DNA from: Candidatus Micrarchaeota archaeon
Lineage (GTDB): Archaea; Micrarchaeota; Micrarchaeia; Norongarragalinales; SBBD01
Length of the DNA stretch: 35,110 nt
Assembly: GCA_043806595.1 (NCBI GenBank)
Contig: JAZDGU010000057.1
Coordinates: 1-35,110 of the forward strand
Direction of reading: 5' to 3'
Notes under the pieces: model-generated
What the model was told of the DNA's origin: nothing
Database searches by the model: none
What the model saw: only the letters and a program-made list of their open reading frames with translations
Position numbers and translations under genes: made by a program
Part shown: one piece after another, positions 16,169-26,800 of the stretch
Layout: each line of letters opens with the position of its first letter
Numbering within the stretch: position 1 is the first letter of the stretch

Positions 16169-17065
16169 ATGGCAACAATCATCGACGGGAAGAAAATCGC
16201 GGAGAAAGTGCTCGCCGAGGTCAAGGCCGACGCCGACGCGCTCAAGGCCAGGGGCGTGACGCCCACTCTCGCGGTCATCCTCGTCGGCGACGACGAGGCC
16301 AGCAAGATTTACATCGCGAGCAAGGGCCGCAAGGCGAAGGAAATCGGGCTCGGCGCCAAGGAATTCCTCCTGCCCAAGGAGACCGGCGAGGAAGAGCTGC
16401 TGGCGCTGGTTGAAAGTCTGAACGCCGACCCCCAGGTCCACGGCATCCTCGTCCAGTTCCCGGTGCCGAAGCACATCTCCGAAAGGAAGGTCCGCCGCGC
16501 GATTTCCCCGGCGAAGGACGTCGACGGGCTGCACCCCTGCAACCAGGGCAGGCTGCTGGAGGGCGACGAGGGCCTCGTGCCGTGCACGCCCGAGGGCGCC
16601 GTGAGGCTGCTCGAGGAATACTCCATAGAACTCGCGGGAAAACACGCCGTAGTCGTCGGGAGGAGCCTGCTGGTGGGAAAACCGCTGGCGCAGATGCTCC
16701 TCAACCGCGACGCCACGGTGACGATATGCCATTCGCGCACGAAGAACCTCAAGGAAATCACGCGGCAGGCGGACGTGCTCTGCGTTGCAGTCGGAAGGCC
16801 CAAGCTGGTCACCGCGGACATGGTCAAGGACGGGGTAGTAATCGTCGACGTCGGAATCAACCGCATCGACGGCCCCACGGTCAAGGAGGACGTGCCCGGC
16901 GTGGAGAAGGTCGCAAAGAAGGTGCTAGTCGGCGACGTCGACTTCGACGGGGTAAGCAAGAAGGCCTCAGCGATCACCCCCGTGCCCGGCGGCGTCGGGC
17001 CTATGACTATTGCCATGCTCCTGCGGAACACCGTCAACGCTGCGAAAGTCATTGCAGAGGGTTAG
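16169..17065 (+). CDS. folD: Bifunctional methylenetetrahydrofolate dehydrogenase/cyclohydrolase
   Basis: IIDGKKIA, LAVILVGDDEAS..Y, VHGILVQ.P, KDVDGLHP, PCTP.G, GRSLLVGKP and ITPVPGGVGPMT. Confidence 0.97.
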   Translation: MATIIDGKKIAEKVLAEVKADADALKARGVTPTLAVILVGDDEASKIYIASKGRKAKEIGLGAKEFLLPKETGEEELLALVESLNADPQVHGILVQFPVPKHISERKVRRAISPAKDVDGLHPCNQGRLLEGDEGLVPCTPEGAVRLLEEYSIELAGKHAVVVGRSLLVGKPLAQMLLNRDATVTICHSRTKNLKEITRQADVLCVAVGRPKLVTADMVKDGVVIVDVGINRIDGPTVKEDVPGVEKVAKKVLVGDVDFDGVSKKASAITPVPGGVGPMTIAMLLRNTVNAAKVIAEG

Positions 17066-17829
17066 CGCAGCGCCTTGAGGAGCGAGGGGTGGACTGCCTT
17101 ATTGCTTGCGGCGTAGCCGAAGGGCCGTCTGGAGAATTCCTTCTTTAGCCCAAGCATCGAAGCCCTGCCGCCGGCTTCCTCCACGATGAGCCCCGCGGCG
17201 GCGACGTCCCAAGCATAGATGCTCGTGCAGAAGAACGCGTCGAACCTCCCGCTCGCAACATAGCACAGGTCGAGCGCCGCGCTGCCCAGCGTCCGCAGAC
17301 GGTTGCCGCGGGCGATCGGGATCTCGGTCTTGAGGCTCTGCAGTGCGTGCCGGGCGTTCGGCTGGCGCTCGACGGCGACGACGAGGTCGTAAAGGCGGCC
17401 TGCCTTGCTCGCATGGATGCGCCTGCCGTTGAGGAACGCGCCCTTGCCGCGCTCGGCGTAGAAGAATTCCTGCAGTATGGGGGCGTTGACCGCGCCTGCG
17501 ACAATCTTGCCGTCCAGCTCGAGCGCAAGCGAGGTGCAGAACAGGGGGCTGCCGTGGGCGAAGTTCGAGGTGCCGTCCACGGGGTCTATTATCCAGCGGT
17601 ACCCAGAAGAGGAAAGCGCGCCGGCGGACTCCTCGGAGAGCACGGAGTCCTTAAACCCCGCCCCGGCAAGCCTGCGCGCGAGCAGCGCGTCGACTGCTCG
17701 GTCGGCGGAGGTGACGACGTCCCTGCCGCCCTTGCTGTAGACCGTTCTTTTCCGGTTCGCGTAGGAAAGCAGGAGCTCGCCGCTCTCTGCCGAGAAGTCG
17801 GAGAGGAACTTTAGGCGGGCGCGGCGCAT
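17062..17829 (-). CDS. Inositol monophosphatase family (SuhB/IMPase-FBPase)
   Basis: DVVTSAD, LSEE, WIIDPVDGTSNF, GSAALDLCYVA.GRFD and AWDVAAA.LIVEEAGG. Confidence 0.93.
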   Translation of the reverse strand: MRRARLKFLSDFSAESGELLLSYANRKRTVYSKGGRDVVTSADRAVDALLARRLAGAGFKDSVLSEESAGALSSSGYRWIIDPVDGTSNFAHGSPLFCTSLALELDGKIVAGAVNAPILQEFFYAERGKGAFLNGRRIHASKAGRLYDLVVAVERQPNARHALQSLKTEIPIARGNRLRTLGSAALDLCYVASGRFDAFFCTSIYAWDVAAAGLIVEEAGGRASMLGLKKEFSRRPFGYAASNKAVHPSLLKALR

Positions 17830-17978
17830 GCAAGCCCGTACGCCGGCAAGGAATATAATGGTATACCGCAACTGCCGCAGATGCCGCCGAGGCTTGTAAA
17901 GGCTTTTAAATACTATTGCGCTGTAAGATTCGTCGTTCAGACGGCAATACGCCGGTCGCGCTTACAGGTGATTTTGGA

Positions 17979-18344
17979 ATGGGAGTCTTTTCTTCGCTGA
18001 GCAAGGTGCTCGGATTCACTAGGGACATAAACGTCGAGGAGTTCATGACCGCGGCAGAGGCCGAGGACGTTGACATAATGCACAAGGCCGCCGACTTCTA
18101 CGTCAAGCCCATCGCGCTCCAGAACGACTCGGACGTCAAGGCCGTGCAGGAGGAGCTGAAGCAGAAGAACATAGTGCTGCTCAACTTCTCGCCCATAATG
18201 CGCAACCCCTCCAAGCTCAAGGCAGTCGTCGGCGAGCTCAAGATGTTCGTCAACAGCATCAACGGCGACATCGCGAGGATTGACGAGGACAAGATACTCC
18301 TCACGCCTCACAACGTGAAGATTGTCAAGAAGCGCAAGGGCTGA
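17979..18344 (+). CDS. sepF: Archaeal-type cell division protein SepF
   Basis: N-terminal amphipathic helix MGVFSSLSKVLGF, then ELKQKNIVLLNF...INGDIARIDEDKILLTP.NVKI. AGGTGA SD and upstream TTTTAAATA. Confidence 0.88.
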   Translation: MGVFSSLSKVLGFTRDINVEEFMTAAEAEDVDIMHKAADFYVKPIALQNDSDVKAVQEELKQKNIVLLNFSPIMRNPSKLKAVVGELKMFVNSINGDIARIDEDKILLTPHNVKIVKKRKG

Positions 18345-18543
18345 AGCGCCGGTTTTAAAATATTGACCGACCAGCGGTAAGCATGAGAATGCCCGGCGGA
18401 CTTCGCGTCGCAGTTGCGGCCTCCAGGCTGCTGTTGTTCCGGTCCTCGCGGTTCCGCTCGCCGCCCGTGCACGACGAGTTCCTTAAAATCCTCGTGGAAA
18501 GGAAGTCCGGAGAACCAGTCTCCATCGCGGAATCGACCGGAGG

Positions 18544-18927
18544 ATGTCTTCCAATCCGGAATACAAAAGGTTCCATTGGGCGCACAGGGCGCGCGAAGTA
18601 ACGGAAATGCTCCGCGGCCTGCAAGCGCATGGCGGGAGCGTCGCCGAAAACAAGAGGCGCCAGATAGAGAAGCAGGCTCAGCTGGTCTTCCTCCTCAAGC
18701 CGCTCCTGGAAAGCGGAGTCATTGAAATCGAGCGGGAACAGCAGGAGGGGGTTCGCTTGAAACGGCTGAAACGCGGGAACATCCCGCTCGCCACAGTAAC
18801 CCGTTCCGGGGAAGAGCCTCCCGAATTGGTCGTCTCGGACATCAGGCGGCGGAAGGTGCGCCTCACGGGGGATTGGAGGGCCTACGAGAAGGCCTTGGAC
18901 CGGATGCCGAAAAGATTCTGGAAATGA
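18544..18927 (+). CDS. Hypothetical protein (start uncertain)
   Basis: Best ORF in the gap, with no motif. It may be joined by a frameshift to ORF 18383..18601. Confidence 0.45.
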   Translation: MSSNPEYKRFHWAHRAREVTEMLRGLQAHGGSVAENKRRQIEKQAQLVFLLKPLLESGVIEIEREQQEGVRLKRLKRGNIPLATVTRSGEEPPELVVSDIRRRKVRLTGDWRAYEKALDRMPKRFWK

Positions 18928-18961
18928 ATCTCCCTCGCATGCAGGCGTATAGGAAGGGGCG

Positions 18962-19558
18962 TTAGGTTCCGAGGAACTTCTTGAGGTGCGCCTGCCGGGC
19001 CTTGCCGGTGGCGGGGCCGAGGGGCGAGTGCCGGGGATGCTTCTGCCCGCGGAACTTCTCCGCGTGGTGCGGCAGCCTGCGCTTGACGAGCGAAGTAAGG
19101 GCCTCGATGGCCTCGTTCGTGATTACCAGATTGTAGCCCATCTGGATGTCGTCGGCCTCGGACTCCGCGACGGAGGCGAGCAGGATGAAGTGCCCGGCGT
19201 CGCACACGAATACGCGGTAGGGCGGCCTGCCTGGATTCGAAAGGCACTTGACGCCCCCGAAGACGGCGGTGTTCCGGGTGTTCAGGCGCAGCCACTCCTC
19301 CTCGTCCTCGCTCGTCGCAAGCGTCGAGGAAAGCGTCTGCGGGGGCAGCCTTTTGCGCAGGAAGTCGTTCAGCGTCTCGCCGGTCAGCCCGAGGAACATG
19401 CCCTCCAAGGGCGTCCTGCGGCCGGCGGCGAAGACCTTGGCGGGCTGGCCGATGTAGCGCGCCTGCAGCAGCGGCGTGTTGAACACGAGCGGGTAGAAGA
19501 ACTCGTCCTCGGAAAACAGCCGGTGGAAGTTCGTCTTGTGGACGAGGAAGTATTCCAT
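18962..19558 (-). CDS. Hypothetical protein, ~198 aa
   Basis: High GC3 on the minus strand from MEYFLVHK onward. No family recognised. Confidence 0.65.
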   Translation of the reverse strand: MEYFLVHKTNFHRLFSEDEFFYPLVFNTPLLQARYIGQPAKVFAAGRRTPLEGMFLGLTGETLNDFLRKRLPPQTLSSTLATSEDEEEWLRLNTRNTAVFGGVKCLSNPGRPPYRVFVCDAGHFILLASVAESEADDIQMGYNLVITNEAIEALTSLVKRRLPHHAEKFRGQKHPRHSPLGPATGKARQAHLKKFLGT

Positions 19559-19687
19559 CACATCTATTAGCAGGGGAAGGCGTAAAAAGGTTGTTGCGAC
19601 GCCTGCCGAAAAGCGCGTGCAAACCCAAGCCATTTAAACGGCGGCGGGGAAAAGCATATTCTCGCGGATAGGGGGGAAGCGTCAACC

Positions 19688-20704
19688 TTGGAATTCAAGC
19701 CGTCGGCACGGGAACTCGAGGAGGAAACGGCGAGGCTGCACTCCAAACTCTCCAAACTCGGGTGGAACGAGGAAATCTGCCGGGCGTACTCGCCGCTGAC
19801 GCTTGAGATAAATAGATTGAAAAAACAGAAACGCGCCGTGATTCTGGCGCACTCCTACCAGCCGCCCGAAATCGTGTACGGAGTCGCGGATTTCGTCGGG
19901 GATTCGCTGGAACTCAGCAGGGCCGCGGCGAAGGCGAAGGCAGGGACGATAATCTTTGCCGGCGTGCGGTTCATGGCCGAGACCGCGAAAATACTCTCGC
20001 CAACAAAGAAAGTGTATTTGCCGGCAACTGACGCGGGATGCTCGCTTGCAGAGTCCATTACCCCCGCGGACGTGAAAAAACTTCGCAGGCTGCACCCCAA
20101 GGCGGGTGTGGTGTGCTATGTGAACACGAGCGCCGCGGTCAAGGCGGAATGCGACGCCTGCTGCACCTCCGCGAACGCGCTGCAGGTCGTTGAGTCCATG
20201 CCCCAGGAGGAAATAGTCTTCCTGCCGGACACATTCATGGCAAAAAACCTTGCGCCGCTGACAAAAAAAAGGATAATCGGATGGAGCGGCGAGTGCGTCG
20301 TGCACAACGAGTTCACGCCCGACAGGATGAAGGCCCTCCGCAGGGCGAACCCGGGGGTGAAAATCCTCGTGCACACCGAGTGCACGCCGGAAGTCGTACG
20401 CGAGGCGGACTACGCCGGCGGCACGTCGGGCATGATAGGGTATGCGAAGGCCAGCAACGCGCAAGAGTTTGTCATGGTGACGGAATGCGGGCTCTCCGAC
20501 CGCATGCGCGTCGAGCTGCCCGGGAAGAAATTCCTGGCGATGTGCGGCCTCTGCCCGTACATGAGGAAGAACTCGCTCGCGCTGATACTCGAAGCCTTGA
20601 CTGCGCCGAAAAAGGGCCAGGAGATCAATATTCCGGAAAAAACTATGGCAAGAGCCAGGCGTGCGCTCGACAGGATGCTCGAACACGGCAAACCCGCGGA
20701 TTGA
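19688..20704 (+). CDS. nadA: Quinolinate synthase
   Basis: AVILAHSYQ, DFVGDSLEL, GVRFMAETAKILSP, three Fe-S cysteines (AGCSLA, GECVVH, CPYM) and YVNTSA.VKA. TTG start. Confidence 0.96.
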   Translation: MEFKPSARELEEETARLHSKLSKLGWNEEICRAYSPLTLEINRLKKQKRAVILAHSYQPPEIVYGVADFVGDSLELSRAAAKAKAGTIIFAGVRFMAETAKILSPTKKVYLPATDAGCSLAESITPADVKKLRRLHPKAGVVCYVNTSAAVKAECDACCTSANALQVVESMPQEEIVFLPDTFMAKNLAPLTKKRIIGWSGECVVHNEFTPDRMKALRRANPGVKILVHTECTPEVVREADYAGGTSGMIGYAKASNAQEFVMVTECGLSDRMRVELPGKKFLAMCGLCPYMRKNSLALILEALTAPKKGQEINIPEKTMARARRALDRMLEHGKPAD

Positions 20705-20705
20705 C

Positions 20706-22241
20706 ATGGAATACTCCTACGATTATCTTGTAATCGGCTCGGGAATCGCCGGGCTGACGTTCGCGCTCAACGCCGCGAAGCACGGCCGAGTCGTCGTGCT
20801 CACCAAGCGCAGGATTTTCGACAGCAACACCGACTACGCGCAGGGCGGCATGGCCGGGGTATTCGGCCGCGGGGACTCCAAGGCCCTGCACACGAGGGAC
20901 ACCATCGACGCCGGCGCGGGACTCTGCAACGCCGCCGCGGTGAAGACGCTCGTGGATAACGCGCCCGGGCGCATCCGCTGGCTGGAAGGCATCGGCGTCA
21001 AGTTCGAGCACGCCGGCAGGGGCCTTGCGCTCGCGCGCGAGGGCGGGCATTCCCGCAGCAGGGTCACGTTCGCCGGCGACGTCACCGGCAGAGAAATCGA
21101 GGGAGCCCTCGTGAAGGAGGTGCGCTCGCACCCCGGCATCGAGGTCTACGAGAACAACCTCGCGCTGGACTTGATTGTCAAAGGCGGCGAATGCTACGGC
21201 GCGCGGTTCCTCAACCTCGGCAGGAACAGGGTCGACGACTATTATGCGAAGGCTACGGTGCTTGCGACGGGCGGCCTCGGCGCGCTCTACCGCGAGACCA
21301 CCAACCCCGAGATTGCCACCGGCGACGGCTATGCCATGGCGTACCGCGCCGGCGCAGCGCTCCAGGACATGGAATTCGTCCAGTTCCACCCGACGAAGCT
21401 CGACCTGCCGATGGAGACGCCGTTCCTCATATCCGAGGCGCTGCGCGGAGAGGGCGGCGTGCTGAGGAATGGCGGGGGCAAGGCGTTCATGGCCAAGTAC
21501 GACGCGCGCCGCGAGCTGGCGACGAGGGACGTCGTCGCGCGCGCGATCTATTCCGAGATGAGGAGGGGGAAGGTGTTCCTCGACGTCACCGGCCTCGGGC
21601 GCAGGTTTGTCCGCGAACGCTTCTACAACATCTACCGAACATGCCTGCGCGAGGGGCTCGAAATCGGCCGCACTTGGATCCCGGTGACGCCCGCGGCGCA
21701 TTACGGCTGCGGCGGCGTGAAGACCGACTTGAAGGGCCGGACGAGCGTCAGGCGGCTGCTTGCCGTCGGCGAGGTCTCGTGCACGGGCGTGCACGGCGCG
21801 AACCGGCTCGCGAGCAACTCGCTGACGGAAGGCCTCGTATGGGGCTTCGAGGCCGCGCGGGCGGCTGCGGCGCTAAAGCGCCGTGAGAACGGAAGGCCGC
21901 ACCTTCCCGCGCTCAAGGTTGCGGCGGAGACCGGCCGCGAGAAGATCCTGCGCACGCAAATCAAGGCGCTGATGTGGGGCAAGGCCGGCATCGTGAGGAA
22001 AACCGCGGGCCTGCGGTCGGCGAAGAAAGAGCTCGAAGGCATCCAGCGCAAGGCCGCAGCGCTGCTCCGCAGGGGGGCGAGCTACGAGGCCGTCGAGGTC
22101 GCCAACATGGCGCTCGCTGGCTGGCTCGTCACAGGCGCCGCGCTCGCGCGCAAGGAAAGCCGCGGCTGCCACTACAATGCGGATTTTCCCGGGAAGGGCA
22201 AACGCGCCGGACACATCACGCTCAGAACCTCAGGAAGCTGA
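20706..22241 (+). CDS. nadB: L-aspartate oxidase
   Basis: IGSGIAGL, NT.YAQGG, REGGHS..R, EFVQFHPT, LISEALRGEG, ELA.RDVVARAI, PAAHY.CGG, GVHGANRLASNSL.EG and ESRG.H. Adjacent to nadA. Confidence 0.95.
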   Translation: MEYSYDYLVIGSGIAGLTFALNAAKHGRVVVLTKRRIFDSNTDYAQGGMAGVFGRGDSKALHTRDTIDAGAGLCNAAAVKTLVDNAPGRIRWLEGIGVKFEHAGRGLALAREGGHSRSRVTFAGDVTGREIEGALVKEVRSHPGIEVYENNLALDLIVKGGECYGARFLNLGRNRVDDYYAKATVLATGGLGALYRETTNPEIATGDGYAMAYRAGAALQDMEFVQFHPTKLDLPMETPFLISEALRGEGGVLRNGGGKAFMAKYDARRELATRDVVARAIYSEMRRGKVFLDVTGLGRRFVRERFYNIYRTCLREGLEIGRTWIPVTPAAHYGCGGVKTDLKGRTSVRRLLAVGEVSCTGVHGANRLASNSLTEGLVWGFEAARAAAALKRRENGRPHLPALKVAAETGREKILRTQIKALMWGKAGIVRKTAGLRSAKKELEGIQRKAAALLRRGASYEAVEVANMALAGWLVTGAALARKESRGCHYNADFPGKGKRAGHITLRTSGS

Positions 22242-22247
22242 CTTTTA

Positions 22248-23795
22248 CTATTGTTCGGTATAGGCCTGGCGTGCTTCGGGGGTAAATATCGAGGGGTTTT
22301 TCCCGTAAGAGTCCAACATCTTGGCGGGAAATTGAGAAACGGAATTGAACACCGTATCAGCCCCGCCATTCCAATCCCCTCCTGCACCCTGTGAGACGCC
22401 GCATGCGATTCCCAGGCACATGCCTGCAAGGCCCGCCCGCGGGCCCCACTTGCCGACGAATCTTGAAATGCCGCCTAAAGCCTTGGGGATATTGCTGGTT
22501 CTAAGGGTATTAATGAATCTTCCAAGTTTGTACCGCATGGGAATTGTTTCTTTTCTTATCAGGGGCCAAACCGATTTTTCATAGTAAAATTTCATAAATG
22601 AAAAACGCCCTTGTGAGGCAGCCCGGGCATGAGGCGGAAGATCTTCGAGGGACAAACCCGCCTTCATCATACCTCGTGCTTCAACCCGCGATGCCCCATA
22701 GTCTCTAGCAAGTCGGCCGCTGGCCCACTGGCGTGCCGCGATCGAATTCCTCCCTTCAACAAATGATTGGTGCTGGTACGCATGATACCCTTCATGGAGC
22801 ACATCCCCGGCATACGAGGATTGCGCGAAAGCCGGAAGCGAATATTTTGGATGGTAATATGAGATCCCATATGTATCAGGATCATAAGTCCAAGCAGACC
22901 TAGGCATTCGATAATATCCGGCAGCGATAAAGTTGTCAACTATCGACTGCAACTGCATAGACACGAGATCCCAATTCGTCTCTCCATCGGGGTCAATGTA
23001 CCTGAGCGGGTTGTTCGCGGCATAGGAATACGGAGTAGTCGTGCCGTCAATCAGCGGGTCGGCGCTCAGGAAGCGGCCCGCGGAGGGCTTGTAGAACCTA
23101 GCGCCCAGGTAATACAAGCCGCTCTCCGAATCCAGCTCACTGCCCGCAAAACGATAACGCGACTGCAGACCGTCCCGCAGCTCGCCGCCAAAGACCTGGA
23201 AGTCGTTCCTCCCAAGCGAGATGCCGGAAGAATTGCTCGCAGTGCGCACGCTTGAAAGGTAGTCGCCGTGCACGAACTCCAACGGCACGACCGAGCTGGA
23301 CTGGTAGACCTGCCCGCGCGCTGCCAAGCCGCCGGAGTAATAATAGTTCGTCCTCCTGCCGAAGCCCCCCGACGCGCCTCCGCCGCAGGAGTCCTCGAGA
23401 CAGAGAGCCTCCAGCAGGTTCTTCCCGAACGACTCGTTGCTCTCGTTGCCCGAGGAAACGTCCGGAAAAGCCGTCGGAGAGGGAAGCTCGGGGGGCTTTT
23501 CTGGAACAGAGGTTGGCTCGGATGTAGGAAGTTCGGTCGGTTTCTCCGCCGGGATTTCCCCGGGAACCCCGGTCGGCGTCGGCGCAGTCTCCTCGGCAGG
23601 GAGGAACGGCAGCTTGTCCGCGCCGATGCCCTCCCGGATGGTTTTTCCGAGGGCGATGAACCCCGAGGAGAATGAATCGCCGGAAGAAAAATAGAGGAGC
23701 GCAAGCAGGAAAAGGATGACGACTGCCGCGGCGATTGTCTTACCTCGGAGGTTGCGTGAAAACGCGGGCCGATTCTTGCGGGCTGGGCGTGACAT
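22248..23795 (-). CDS. Short Rhs-core protein (515 aa): N-terminal TM/signal, Pro/Glu/Thr linker, minimal Rhs-associated core, 244-aa HExxH C-terminal domain
   Basis: Core RYRFAGSELDSESGLYYLGARFYKPSAGRFLSADP...YSYAANNPLRYIDPDG (DPDG at 22994-22983). The CT contains VLHEGYHAYQH (22796-22782). ATG 23795 is 8 nt after the upstream stop. Confidence 0.9.
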   Translation of the reverse strand: MSRPARKNRPAFSRNLRGKTIAAAVVILFLLALLYFSSGDSFSSGFIALGKTIREGIGADKLPFLPAEETAPTPTGVPGEIPAEKPTELPTSEPTSVPEKPPELPSPTAFPDVSSGNESNESFGKNLLEALCLEDSCGGGASGGFGRRTNYYYSGGLAARGQVYQSSSVVPLEFVHGDYLSSVRTASNSSGISLGRNDFQVFGGELRDGLQSRYRFAGSELDSESGLYYLGARFYKPSAGRFLSADPLIDGTTTPYSYAANNPLRYIDPDGETNWDLVSMQLQSIVDNFIAAGYYRMPRSAWTYDPDTYGISYYHPKYSLPAFAQSSYAGDVLHEGYHAYQHQSFVEGRNSIAARQWASGRLARDYGASRVEARGMMKAGLSLEDLPPHARAASQGRFSFMKFYYEKSVWPLIRKETIPMRYKLGRFINTLRTSNIPKALGGISRFVGKWGPRAGLAGMCLGIACGVSQGAGGDWNGGADTVFNSVSQFPAKMLDSYGKNPSIFTPEARQAYTEQ

Positions 23796-23803
23796 GGAAC
23801 CGG

Positions 23804-26800
23804 CTATACCTCGGAGGATTTCCGGAAGCGGATGACGACGGCGCCGGCGACGACCGAGAACAGCATGAGCACCACGACAACAGGGTTCTCCGCGGGCCAG
23901 GAGGGCAGCGCGAGCGGGTTGGATGCCGTGGTTGCAGTGCCCGTCGCCCTGCGCGGGTTGGCGAACAGGTTGTCGCCGACGACGCCGCGCGCGCCCGAGT
24001 CGGAGTTGTAGTAGCTGAGGCCCTTGTTCGCGAAGTCCGGGTTCCACGGGATGTCCTGGCCGTTCAGCGCGTACCAGAGGCCGGTTCGCGGGTCGAACGC
24101 GAGGATGCCGTTCGGGCCCTTCGCTGCAAGCAGCGTCGCGATATCCCTAAAGCCGTCCGGCCCCGACGCCGCGAGCGTGGGCTTGCCGTCCTGCGTTGAG
24201 ATGTTGAAGCGGAAGTCTCCTTTATCAGTTGGAACGACGACGTCGTTGCCCTCCTGGCGGACCGGGCCGGTCACCGAGTATTCCTTGGCCGTCTGCTCGA
24301 CGGTGCGCTCGACCTGGGAAGTGCTGCCGTCGGGATTTGTTATGGTATGCGTCTCCTTGGTCTTCTCTATGACCTGCAGCTTCTGCTCGCCCGTCTTCGG
24401 GTCCGTGGTGAGAACGTACTTCGTGTCCGGCGTCTCGAGCACGGTGAAGCCGCCGGGCGCGCCGGTCACGGTGTCCTTCTGGATTTCCTTGAGGGCGGTG
24501 TTCAGGTGCTCGACCTCCTTCTCGCTGCCTACCTTGGGGATGATGTTCGAAATCTGTATGGCGGGCATGTCGTGGCCGTTCTCGTCCTTGACGACCGAGG
24601 GCTGGACAATTCCGATGTCCTTGACCTGCTGGTCGACCTTGGCGTACGCTATCTGATATATTGTGGCGACGAGGCGCTGCTGCACTGGGTCGTATTCAAT
24701 CCTCCCGTTCTCCGTGAACACTGTCATGAGCGTGCCGAGTTCCTCCTCCCCGAAGTCCTCGGAGGTGTAGCCCGAGAGCGTCACCTTGCCGTCGCCCAGA
24801 ATGGAGACCTTGTTCGCGTCCGCGAGGTCTTTCGCCGGGAGTTTCTCCAAGGCCTCGAGGCTCGGCGCCTGGATTTCCGTGCCGGTTAGGTCCTCCTCGC
24901 CGAACAGCCCGAGGACCGTCTTGCGCGAGCCCGAGTTCTGGAGGTACCTCAGCCTGCCGTCGGCTGCCGTGACGATTCCCTTGGTCGTGTATACCGCGGT
25001 GACCGCGCCGAAGCCGGACTCGCTCAAGTCGTCGGTCGCCGGAATGCCCGTAATCTGGGAAAGCTGCGTCCTAAGGCACGCCGCCGCGTCGCAGGAATTG
25101 TCGGTCACCGCAAGAGTGCCGCCGTATTTTCCGGGCGTGACCGCGAGGATCTCGGTGCCGCCGCAATAGAGCGGCGCGTCGATGATCTTGTTCGGGACGA
25201 TGGTTCGCGCGAGCTGCTGGTTGTTCTGCGTGAGCTTGGCGCGGTCGGCATCGTCGGAGAGCACGGTCTTCTCGCCCGTCTTCTTGTTCGTCTTCTCGAT
25301 GGTCTGGCCGTCGTTGCAAACGATCTCGTCCTTCGAGTCCTGGCACACGCGGAAGCAGCCCCTCTGCTCCGCATTGTAATAAACGCCCCACCACGCCTGC
25401 GTCGCGCCGTCGAGGTGGATGTAGTAGAGGTCCGACGGCTTGAGCATGCCGACCTCGTCCTGGAAGAGCATGCGCATGTTCAGCATCTCCGTCAGGCGGG
25501 ACTCGTCGAGCTTGCTGCCGACGCGGTTGAGGAGGCCGGTGACGTTGAGCTTGCCGAAGCCCTCGGTGAGGCCCTTTATCTTGTCGTTGACGCTCGTCGG
25601 CGCCATGCCGCCTCCGATCTGCTGGTACGCCATGAACTTGTAGGACGTGTCCTTGCACGTGCTGACGTATTCCATCCCCCGAGAGGCGAGCAACTGCCTG
25701 CCGAGCAGCACCGGATCGACGAATACGAGTGCCTTATTCAGCGTCTGGGCAATGTATCCTCCTTTGACGAGCGCGTCGCCCAATCGCGGCAATACTCCAT
25801 TTTTAATTACGAGTTGTCCGCCTTTTGTAATCAACCCGGAGAACGGATAAAGGTTCTGAACTGCGGAAACCCCGGTAAGGGCAAGGTAGACGTCGGCGTA
25901 TTTCATCGCGGCGTCCTCGTCGCAAATCTCGTTGGGGCTGAAGCGCTCCTTGCTTACAAAATTATGCATGATGAACTCGTAGGTCTGCAGCTGCATCAGG
26001 GCAGCTAGAGTAGGCCCTAACACGGATGGATCCGCCTTTCGCAGAATCACAAGCGATAGGACGGGAGCCACAAGTTGCAGGGCGTTGTAGTAATCGGGAA
26101 GAAGCTTGTTGCGGTCGATTGAGGCGCCGATGTTCAAATCGTGGGAAAACAGGGCGAGGCTGGTATACTCTTTTTCCTGACGGACGTCCTCGAACACCGT
26201 TGCCTCGGACTTGCCCTTCCAGCCGAGGTTGATCTGCCATGAGGCGCCCATGTGGTTGAACCCGGTGAAGCTGTTCGAATACTGCTCGTCCGGCGTCGTG
26301 TCGCGGTTGATGAAATACAGGTTGCCCGCACGGAATGTCTTCGTGGGAACGCCGCTCCCAAGCATGTCCGACGCAAAGTCTATGATTCCGCCGGTGGCAA
26401 GGAAGTCCGTGTTCTGCCTGAACTTTTCTGCGAACTTGTTGTTGTTGACGTAGAACTGAAGGTACTTGTCCTTGAGGTCGGCGCGGTTGGTTGCACCCGT
26501 GGAAAACAGCACGGCATTGGAAGCTTCCAGCGCAAAGCGCGCGGGCAGCATCCATCCCAGGCCGTATGCGGCAACCAATGCGGACTTCTGCAGCCTTGCA
26601 GGCAGCTGCTTTGCTATGAGGTCCTCCTTCTTCCGCAGCATTTCAAGCTGGTCGATGACGCTCAGGCCGCGAATCGCGGACTTGTCCTCAAGAGGAAAAC
26701 TAAGTTTTTCGGCTATGTAGGAAAACTGCGCCTCGCCGTTCATGCCCTCCTTCAAAAGCTCTCCAGAAACTTTACCTGTTGAGGCGTCAAAAACCTTTGG

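Noticed and set aside
22667..22939. ORF nested in the Rhs CT as a hidden immunity gene
   Set aside because: It lies wholly inside the CT in another frame, with no clear SD or recognisable features.
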